Part shown: positions 12,604 to 23,212 of the stretch, one piece after another
Position numbering within the stretch: the stretch's first letter is position 1
Layout of the letters: each line of letters opens with the position of its first letter
Assembly: GCA_965644295.1 (NCBI GenBank)
Contig: CBFFRP010000234.1
Coordinates: forward strand, 124,001-188,000
From: Paraphysomonas bandaiensis
Lineage: Eukaryota > Protista > Chrysophyceae
Direction of reading: 5' to 3'
DNA: 64,000 bases
Position numbers and translations under genes: made by a program
Notes under the pieces: model-generated
Told to the model about the DNA's origin: nothing
What the model saw: only the letters and a program-made list of their open reading frames with translations
The model's database searches: none

Positions 12604-13709
12604 TTGTTTCAGCTCGATAAATATTGTAAAAAAGAATATTTCGAACTATTGACAGCTTGGTCAACCTCGGTCATTCAGTTGTATCACTATTCTTTACCTT
12701 GTAAAATCATTATAATGTAGAAAAATAGAAACTCGCCCCTAGTCAGACAAGGACAATTCAATATGTACTAGTACATATTAACTGGTATTTGATGTATGAT
12801 ACTGCTCTCGCCGCAAAAATACTAATGTACACAAGTATATCCTAAATACTGACGAGAATTAGCTCTTAATTCAGTAGTATGATTATAAGGCTGTATATAT
12901 AGTGGCAAATGTCTTATTACTAGCAATAGGCGTTTAAGAGTCAGTGCTTAATACTTGATATTGATATCCTACATTTAACGCTACGAATACTGCGTGTGCA
13001 TCACCACAAGCACCAAGGTGCAACCACTTTCGCTCTATCACTCAAACCAAGCGCAGTGAGCAAGCAGAATGTTGATATACCTGACATCTCCTAACTTCAG
13101 GATTTTTGAGTCCTTAAGGTGAACATCCCGGATGCTCGACTTCAGCAGGCACCCCGGTTACCCTTCAGGTGATCCCAATACCCCGGATGACTGTTTATTC
13201 GTCAACACAAGTGACTCTTATATTAGTGTAATATTATTAGCTGACTATGTATGCGGCTCATGTCAATTTCCCGGAGAAATATCTCCGGATACTTATCCCC
13301 AGAACACCACAAAAAGGTGCAAGTCCGACTTTGTATAGGCAGCTGTGTATAGCTAGAAAGCATAGATACTCAGCAAAGTAGAGTGAATCCAGCGTATAGG
13401 TGTGTAATGTGTAAAAAGCAAATATCAAAAAGATATTGAATATATATAAGCCATAATTGATCTGCAGCTGACGGCTGACGGGATGTAAGACAGCAGTCCT
13501 TGAGTTTGCTGTGTGAGTGCAATGTAAAGTTGCTTGTTATAGATGAGAATTCTGAAATTCGGTATACTATACAAACATACAAACTTATATATGTTTCGAC
13601 ATGAGGACAATCAATGGTGTATATTACTTGCCTTTTCTATATATACATGAAGATTAATTATTTCGTTGGATTTACCTGTTCTACAAGTGAAATCCGTTAG
13701 CATATGTAT

Positions 13710-13825
13710 GAGGCTTGCGTAACAATTAATTAGCAATTAATAATTATGTCCAACAAGAATAATTACAATTATTAATCAAGCATCCAATTATAGGCAATGC
13801 AATTAATTGGCAATTAATTGCCTTC
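13710..13825 (+). mobile_element. Solo end remnant of the same hAT family as 28254-30310
   Basis: GCGTAACAATTAATT (13717-13731) is identical to the hAT right-TIR reverse complement and is followed by GCAATTAATT subterminal repeats like those at ~28333. Confidence 0.6.
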
Positions 13826-14568
13826 AATTCTATTGCTAGATTTTAGAATAACCTTCTGAACTATAATCTCACCTCAAAGATGCCGATTCTTACGCAGAAA
13901 CATCAACATTTCAAGGTGTCTAGGTGTCATTCGCTTGCGAAAATCAGTGATAACATGACTGGACACATACATTCAAGAGAGTTATGGAAGAACTCGAATT
14001 AAGGAGAGCAGTCGTCAGCCGCAGAGTGTCAGTCCTGTCATGACACTCTTACAGGGCTTCAAGATGCTCTTAATGTAATGCTTGAAGTGGTTCACTTCAC
14101 CCTCTCTCATTAACGCATATGGAGATCAGACAACGTATGCTACTCATGGGTGTGGGGGTGAGGCTGTGTCATACTCTATCTATGCATGATGTCTGATGAC
14201 TGTTAGATACAGTATGACATCTGTGGGGGGTAGCTATTTATATAGATACGATCGTATGAAGGTATACGATGGGACTACAGAATATGTATTTGCAATTGTA
14301 TAGGAGAGAGTGTAGGATGGATGTATACCGTATACAGCAGTATTCCCTGAGAAAGGAGTGACAGGATGTTGATTACAGCGTGTGTCATACAGCTGTGAGT
14401 GCCGTATATACGCACACACACATAGAAACACGATGATATACACGCCTACTCTACCGGCCGGTGTGTCAGGCTGCTGAGGTATGGTATGGACAGCAGTGTA
14501 TATTAACATAGTAAGGAGCATAACTTTGAACGTATCAGCGCACGATAAAGCGCTCCTGTTAACCTGAT

Positions 14569-16980
14569 ATGTCATTCAGTGGCGGGACCTCCATGAAGGC
14601 TCCTACTTCACAGAGCAGAGATATGGATTATAAACTATTAGATCCTCTTGTAGCCGGACAAACACCATCTAAAAACGACTGTTGCTTCCAGCATTGTCGT
14701 CGTTCCAAGTCAGGGAGTTGCTGGTATTTCTGGAAGACTCGATTTGATGCTATGACATGTTGCGCCAGTGCGATGCTTCTTATATCGCTGTTGGTTGCTG
14801 TTATCGCCCCACTGGTTCTTCATAAGCTTGTTGATGATGGTATTGCTGATGCAGTTGTGATAGATAATCGTCATGCGTCCTCCTATGACATCTGGCAGAG
14901 CAATTATTACGGACATGGCGATAAACCTGTCATAAACTATGATGTGTACCTGTTCGATGTTCAGAATCCCCATGAAACTCTCAATGGCTCTAAACCAATT
15001 GTTGTTGAAAAAGGACCTTATGCTTTTTTTGAGTACTATAACAAATTTGATATTACCTGGCATGATGACGGAGACGTTGTAAGCTATTATACCCAGAAAT
15101 TTTATGTGTTCAATGAAGAACGCACGGGCCCTGGTTTACACCTGGACGATCAGATTACGATCCCTTACGCCACGGTGGTTGGGTTTGAGTACCTACTGGG
15201 TACTATTCCGGCTTCCACAGAAGAGGCGCTGGACCAATATTTAGAAGACAATGTGCACGAAATTGTGGAAGGTATCGAGGAAACGATAGATCAGCTTGAG
15301 CAGGATGTAATAGACGACCCATTCATGGACGAGGAAACCAAAAATGCGACTTTAGCTGAACTGGAACTGAAGCGAGCCCTTGTGGAGGCAGTTGAGGCTG
15401 TGAGTAACTAGTTTCTACTTTATAATGACTCATGTAACGTACGCTTCTTTTCACAGGGAATAGATGGGTATATTGAATCCGCAAGCGCCGGGTCTTCTCT
15501 TCTTAAGTTACTTCTTTGCTCCGCTAACCCTGATGGCATCTCTCCGTATTGGACCACTGATCCAGTTAGTGCATGTAAGTTATGTTTTCACAAGCGTACC
15601 TCTAACCATACGCTTGTATATAAAATGCTTGTATCCCATTGCTAACAAGCCTTCTTTGACAGATTTTGGGTGGCTCAATGATACAATCCTTGTTGAGGTA
15701 GAGGAACTACTTGTAGCAATGAACAAATCTGACGTTCCTTGGGCAACCTCTGTCCCTGGTGCCACGGCCAATTACACTTCTGAAGATGATGCTCAGCGGA
15801 GATGTGGACGAATCACTCAGAAGACGGGAAAGACAGACACGAAGCAGGTTGGAAAGGTCGTTACCTACTACAACCAGACTAGCCAGTGGGTATGTTTGGA
15901 CACCACCAAGTCCGAACAGGCGCCGGACTATGTTCAGGGCCAGGAATTTCCTGCGTGTGCACACTATCAAGCAGAGTGGACTCCGCAAGAGGCAGAAGCT
16001 CATGGCTACACACAAGCTTTTGCTACTGAGGTGACAGTATTACTTTTTGCAGTATGTTGTTGTAACGGTATATTTCAGTATGCCAACCGCATAGGTGGTA
16101 CAGACGGTCAGATGTTCGGTGCCCCAACAACTTCAGAAAAAATCCAAATGTATGTATTTGATATATACCGAACGCTATTTCTGCAGTATGAGGGAGACAA
16201 CTCCGATTGGCATGGGGTCACTTTGAGAAGGTGAGTTACCGTCATGCACAACAACCACCACCCCAATGATACCAACATGTATGCAGGTACGGATTACAAA
16301 TGAAGGACCTGCAGAACTACACAATGAATCCATCAGAAGCATGGCAGTACTACAACTATGCGCCTTCAGGGATGGAGAATCTGACTGCCGCAACTGGTAC
16401 GACTATGTTTGTTTCTAAGCCCCACTTCCTTGACGGAGACTCCTCTCTTGCTGCCTCTGTTGTGGGAATGACTCCAAAGAGGGAAGTGCATGACACTTTC
16501 CTTGATATTGAACCAAATACTGGTGCATTGACACGCGCACACAAGCGCTTGCAGCTGGTGAATGAAATGAACAACTATGACTTACCAGAAATGAGTCCTG
16601 AGGCGGCACTGGCCATAGAAGCACTTTGCGCGGATAATGATAAAAACTTTACATGCGGCACATTGGATGCAATGATGAAGTGTCTCGCTATACCGTCGAA
16701 CTGGAAGTTCTACAACGATAGGGTGTATCTTCCCTATGCCTGGGCCGACGAATCTGTTGAAGGGACATCGGATGATGCTGATGCCATTAAGAATGGAATC
16801 TATGCTGCAGATGATTTGGCCAATGACATTCGCGTTTGGGGTTTTGTTGTTGCCGGGTTATGTTTTGCTTTCATCGTTGGAATGTTTGCGTCGAAATTGA
16901 TGGTTCTGCAGGACAAAGACAGTGAAGACCTGCGACAGTCATTCGTCAGTTTGCACGATGACATCCCAAGCAGAACGTAG
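14569..16980 (+). CDS. CD36/LIMP-2/SR-B scavenger receptor family protein, 5 exons
   Basis: Two terminal TM helices; motifs YLFDVQNP, VEKGPYAF, GTDGQMF, SKPHFLDGD, HDTFLDIEPNTG, YLPYAW. Confidence 0.9.
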
Positions 16981-17839
16981 GAGGCACTTTTTGTACTATT
17001 AGAATGCTGAAATTCTTGCAAATAAAAGATTTTCGTGTTCATAATATGAACTTGCCTGTACATGGAGTATTCTGTATTCGGGTATGCTTCTACTGATACT
17101 TCAAAATAGTATTGTATGTAGCTATGCCTTTAATATAAAAGTAATGTAACTGAGTATTCAATTGTTGAGATTGTGTACGTTCTCAGTGTAATTACGTTAA
17201 CTTTGTAATTTTGTCAGGCGTAGTTAATTTGTATCTATGAAGCAGACATAGGATAACAGCATGATGTCTAGTGTCTATATGCTAGGAGGCGACATTCGTA
17301 TGTAAGGGTTCAATCACAGCAGTCCGTATGGACGTATCAAGCAAAATCATTATGGCACTTGGTCTTTAGTAATTTAGCTGTATGTATTAACAAAAATCAG
17401 CATTCTGCTCGAGTACTATTTCACACACTTATATATTTGGTATCAAACGTGTGCCTCGAAGCAGAAATTCTACGATTCATTTCGAAGTTTTAACGTTAAA
17501 TTATTAGATGTAACAACGATAGAGTGTTGGAAATTGCTCATTTTAAGCTAGATCACAGAGAGAATTTGTCGTCAGACTAGATAGATTTATTAATAACACG
17601 AAGTTGTGATAAACAACACTAGTTCATTTTGATCCATGCATAATATCCTACATATGCGGAGCTCTCGTTACTGAACATATCTCGAAAGATCAAACCATTT
17701 CAGTTTCTCAATATCATCACAGCATTTGTACATCACTATATTTCACTGTATTCTTGTACATTGTCTTCAAGTGACATACTGAATATAATAGAATAAGATC
17801 CATATTCTAATAAAGAGTAACTGACACCATCGTCGTCTA

Positions 17840-18914
17840 TTCTGTTGAATCACTGCTATCGTCAGGATTATCAATCTGATTTCTCAGCAAGACTGCGCTC
17901 CGCACTCCCCTCCTGCGGGGCCCTGGAACTTGACTTACCTTCGTCCCACGACTTCATTCAGCTTTACCATTCCTATAATAAAATAATTTATCAGTTATCA
18001 AGAGGAGCCGCTAGAACCACACTCTAATAGTAGACATCAAGAACCAGCAGTAGCATATCCCATATATCCCTCCACCTTATCGCCCGTTTTACAACAATTT
18101 CGGACGCACAGGAGGTTTCCTTCGGTACACTACACGATGCTTAGAGAACTTTCCATCTGTTTTCGTGAATACCCAGCGATCCGGGTGAGTCTTGTGGAGT
18201 GGAGTGGGTTGCTGAAGGGAGGAAGTAGTCGCCATCCTAAATATGAGTCACTTTGAACCTCTACTCCTCAGCATTCGTACCTCTAATTCTTCCTGGACCT
18301 CCCCCGTAGCCGCCTTTTTTCTTCCGCAAGCGTTTCGTAGTCTTTCGATGCCGATTGAACTGATGCTGAAACTTGTCACATATTACTCGTAGTCGAATCT
18401 CCATGAAATTTCCCTTCAGCACCCTTAATAGCTACTTCCGTTGATCGCTCGTCAATTAGGAACTTGCAATCACTGTTGGACTGCGATAACCCGCATGGCC
18501 CAGGGTGATCCCAAGAACGCGGAGTGGTGACCAGGGCAGGTATCGCCGAAGCCAGTTTTACAGAATATTTCAGTTCCAGCATTCTTTTTCCCCTGAGATT
18601 TTATACCATCCCAATCCTTGAAGGGGGTGGTCCTCATGATTTGTCATGTGTAGTTTCCTTCTTGGGCCCACTCCCTTCCAACTTATAGGTTATATAACCG
18701 TTTTTCGTACAAGCAACAGATACAGTTCCTTTATAATAATCACGGGCAGTTTGCTGCAAAGATTTGATTTGCCACAGGGATGGGCGTTGATGAGAGCAAG
18801 CAGAGAGGATGAGTTGTGAAACAGAAACAAGACAAGAGTCAGGAGAACACCACAAAACTGGATGTTGTTCGACATTCTCCGAAGACGTAAAGCCTCGCAA
18901 AGATCCGTCAACAA
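17840..18914 (-). pseudogene. Decayed intron-containing gene or TE-derived coding remnant
   Basis: Same-frame ORFs 18634-18900 and 18376-18582 separated by a stop, GC-richer than flanks, and an apparent GT-AG intron at ~18237-18280; no family recognised. Confidence 0.3.
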
Positions 18915-20171
18915 TGTGTGGATGGTAGTAGGATAAATTCGGGCTATATTGCCACTAGTGAGAATGCATAGAAAATCCTTTCACATAGAGTTCTTAGGGC
19001 TATATAGTAAATAACATAAATTAAATTGTACACACAATACTAAACATAACGTAAAGCTACTTCGTGAGTGCTACCTCTCCTACAATAGAAACCCATCCTC
19101 GAAGCCATACCAAGTGGTGATTTTAATATATTGCTACGGTTTCAGTGAACGACACATGTAGAGTTCAGTAGACGAGTCTTAGCCACTAATTATTATAACA
19201 GAACGTTCACTACGTGCAAGTGAGTCAGCTCAGGTTCATGACGAGGGAAATTTTGGTAGTAAAAGGACCGAGAGAAGCGGCAATGGCAGAAACAAATGGA
19301 ACGGCGCATGAGGACATTTGATGAAGGAAGGTATGCTGCATCGGATGGAGAGGAGCATGTGGCTCCGATAGAATATCTTAGATACCTGTGTGCTCTTTAG
19401 GGGTCGACGGCTCATATACAGGATGAGTCCTATATGTGACTAGAAACAAGAATAGTACATGTCCTTGACATAAGCCACTTCTGATCTCTCCAAGTGAAGA
19501 AGTCTACACAAGTGTAATATGGCTTCCAAAATCAAAGTGGGGATATTCCCAGGATTGTTTGATGTTAGAAGTCCACTACTATAGCCTCCTTCCACATTAA
19601 CAGACACACCCTGTGAACATAGGCTGCAATGTTATAGTAGTGCCTGAGCGTTAGATGCGGAGTATTACTGACATATAGCGGGTTTCGATACCGTAACAGT
19701 TAGTTCTCCGGATACACAGGGTCACTGCTGTATACATGTCGTGAAAGAAAAGCCATCTCGACATATAGAACTATAGGGCAGAAGGAATGCAGTCTGACAA
19801 CCGAAACAACGCCCATTTTGTTTGTTAGTGTTATAGCGCATGTATGTCTGTCGAATCTATCGAACAACAACACATACACTCCTCGTCTGACTTGCTATGA
19901 GTGTATACGGTGAGGTATTATCAGGGATGGGTATCAGATGTAGATAACAGTGTTGTGTAGGTGACATAAGTGATTCGATCGGCATCGTCAACTCCCTCCA
20001 CCATATCATATACGTAGCAGGTAGCAGCAGTATACACACCAAACACTGTGCCTCACACACAGCTCCATATGCATCTTATCCAATAGCTAGATAGCTATGA
20101 CATCGTAGTGTATCGAGAGTCCACCAATCAGATCAATTTCAGATATTTTAGTATGAGAATAAAAAAAATAA

Positions 20172-20244
20172 CACCGAACGTGGGGCTCGAACCCACGACC
20201 ACAGGATTAAGAGTCCTGCGCTCTACCGACTGAGCTAGCCCGGC
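20172..20244 (-). tRNA. trnK-CUU: tRNA-Lys(CTT)
   Basis: Reverse complement GCCGGGCTAGCTCAGTCGGTAGAGCGCAGGACTCTTAATCCTGTGGTCGTGGGTTCGAGCCCCACGTTCGGTG folds as a cloverleaf with anticodon CTT; poly-T terminator downstream. Confidence 0.97.
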
Positions 20245-20330
20245 TATCAGATAATTTGTAACTTAGAAATTTAGGATATATAAATTACATTTTAAATTAT
20301 GGTGGTAAGTTAAAAAGAGCAAAAGTTGTG

Positions 20331-20403
20331 CACCGAACGTGGGGCTCGAACCCACGACCACAGGATTAAGAGTCCTGCGCTCTACCGACTGAGCTAGCCC
20401 GGC
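20331..20403 (-). tRNA. trnK-CUU: tRNA-Lys(CTT), identical second copy
   Basis: 73-nt sequence identical to 20172-20244. Confidence 0.97.
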
Positions 20404-21435
20404 TTGGATATATTTCACGTCTGATTTTACATTATATAAAAGTTAATTTTGTTTTTCTTGTTTCAATATCCATCGCATTTAGAGCAATGTTAAATCACTC
20501 TTCTGATACAGTCACTTGAGTATTTGAATGGTAAGCGGGGTATTCGATGTACAAGTTGCTGTATATGTTTGTGGTTCTATCCCACACGTGAAGAATCCTT
20601 TTCAACCCACCTCATAATTTGTATGAACGGAACGCAGTGTAATATATGGTAGAGGTGCAGTGCCGACAAGCATCATACACATCACCTCTACCGCATATTG
20701 CATTCCTTGATTATGTCGAGAGTTTCTGGTGGTATCCTACCTTTTACCTTTACACCCTTTATTATTAGCTACTCATGTTAAACGAAACGCTGCTCTCCAA
20801 GGAATAGCGCCGGCTGACTATACTGGAACACAAGTATACACTCGGAGCATTAATCCCTGTGCAACCACTATATATGAATAACTCGCATATTTTTATTAAA
20901 ACCTGCACTCATTAAATGTGTGTGGAATCTCACCGAATTTACTGGACCATTATGGCAGCTTGTATTAGAACGGCAGCTTGCAAAGATATTGAGAAGGTAC
21001 TTCAGATGATACACATTTTGAAAGATGATACAAGTGGCACTCTACAAGGTCATAACTCATAACTTATTTTGTTACGTTGGGAATTCATCGTATGTATGCA
21101 GTTTGGATGACAAATTCTAAACTAATAAATGATTCGAATTATAATTGACAGAGTATTTGTTGCAGAACTGGCTTCAATATTGATATTTTTTGGATATTTA
21201 AACTATTTATTCGCGTTGTTTATAATGACACAATGATCCGTATCACAACAACTAAATAAGCGAAACCAAATACATAGTCAAACTTTAAGTGTAACATTTA
21301 CTTATCACTTACGTTGTGCAACATACATCTGACATCAAGAAGCGCACTGCATGAAAATTCACGTACAAAGTAATGCACAACATATTACTAATAGATTGTA
21401 CATATTCTGCATTCACATACTACAGCGATTCCAGC

Positions 21436-22853
21436 TTAATCGGAAGGACCAAATGAAGGAGTTCGTTGTCTGCGTCTTTTCCCAGGCCCAGGCTGGCCGA
21501 GCTTTGGTGCTATCTTTACTCCTCTCAATTTAGGATTTTTCCTTACATCTGTCTGTTCCATCAGCTTCCGTGCGGCATCAAGATGGTCTTTAATTCCCAC
21601 TTGTGGTTGATTCTTAGACAAAGGACTCAGAGAATTTTCATTAACTTCATCAATGACATCAAGGGTTGATAAATCATTAGCAAATGACGAAGAAGCGCGA
21701 TCAAAAGATCGTCTCGACTGATAAAACCGATTTGGAGCGTTCTGTGAGGTATTGGGTGGTGGATACGTCAATCGGCGAGAAAATGATCGAGATTTACCAC
21801 TGCTGGAGTTAACTGTAGATATAGAACTATTATTATTCCTTGGGATGTTGTCTTGTTGCTGATTACTTTTACTGTGGAAGTTGTTATGTTGAATAGAATT
21901 AGCCCGCACATACTTTTCGGATGTAGATGACGATGGTGTAGCAGGAAGCGAACTAGAGTAAGTCAGCCTACGTTTCGAGTGACTGCCCATTGTACTTGCT
22001 ATTACGCTGACCTCGCTTTTATTTTCATCACCGTTAATACTTTCTGTATCAGAGCGACAGATTCGACTCATGGATTTACCCCGCGCAGCCTTCCCTGTTC
22101 TACGAGACCCAGTCCTCGTAAGCTTGTTACTGGATTCCGTGTTAAGCATTCTGATAATTTCTCCCACTGACATGAACTCCCCATTCCCCATTTCAATTCT
22201 CCTCTCGGTATAGCGTTCCCAGAATCTTTCTCCAAGACATTTTTGCTTGATGCGTCGCTGCATGTCAAACGCTTCAAACATCATGTACGGATGTTTCGCC
22301 AGAAAAGTTCGAAACACATCCTTGTCAAAAACAACATGACCCATACTCTCAACCTTCAATAAAATTCTGCAAAAATAGGAAATAAGTAAAAACAAGAAAC
22401 TATATTAACAAGTTCTTACTTTTTCGCCAGTTTACTTTGGGTTATTTTCGGACCATATATATCCCGGAGTAATATGTCCACCTCCCTGGAATCGATGTGA
22501 CCACTGGAGTCTCGATCATATAAATCAAATGCAAACAGAGCAAGAGTTGCATTTCCAAGTGTGCAATAATTCCATAGTGATACAACAAACTCTCGAAAAT
22601 CAATACATCCAGACTCATCCTCATCAAATATGCTAAATACTCTTCGGGTAAAGTTATTATTATCGACATCTAGAAAGTTGAGGAGGTCAAGTAGTTTCAT
22701 ATTTCCCGATGCGTCTGTTGCAATCTTTCTAAATATTTTGTATAGTTTGCCCACATCAGCTTCGGTTAATCTTAAAGCATCGAACTGCGACTTCCAGTTC
22801 TTTGTGTACGGAACACTGCTGTATACGTTAGAACCAGAGCTGCACTGCCCCAT
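21436..22853 (-). CDS. Calcineurin B/CBL-like EF-hand protein with N-terminal acylation motif and long low-complexity tail; 2 exons
   Basis: Start MGQCSS at 22853; EF loops DEDESGCIDFRE and DRDSSGHIDSRE; FAFDLYD; intron ~22368-22419. Confidence 0.85.
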
Positions 22854-23212
22854 TCTTATAATACTCTGATCGAAACTATAAGAAATCTCTTTAACAATCG
22901 TTGTTATCTGGACTATTACACACAATATCGCTCTCACCTCAAGTTCCTCCACAAGCAAGTGTCCTTCTCATGATTTCTTGTTGCATAGTCAACGGCTCTG
23001 TCCTAAAATACGTAGATATACCGTAAAATACTGCGATATATGGGCTCGTGTATGGTAGAGCTGGAATACAGAGAATACAGAACAGTGTATAGCAGTGTGG
23101 ACATCTCTGTTCATATATGCAGAGATGAAGCCACCACACTGATTGCTGATTGCTCTATAGAGGGACCATCTGCCACTCTGACAGCGTGATCACTGTACAG
23201 CGCTGTAGTGTT

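Noticed and set aside
8641-12715. 15-mer GTAAAATCATTATAA at 8641 and 12701
   Set aside because: No extension on either side; one such match is expected by chance in AT-rich 64 kb
13120-13300. CCGG-rich tract with small hairpin CCGGAGA-AATA-TCTCCGG as an ncRNA
   Set aside because: Only short stems; no snRNA, snoRNA or SRP motif recognised
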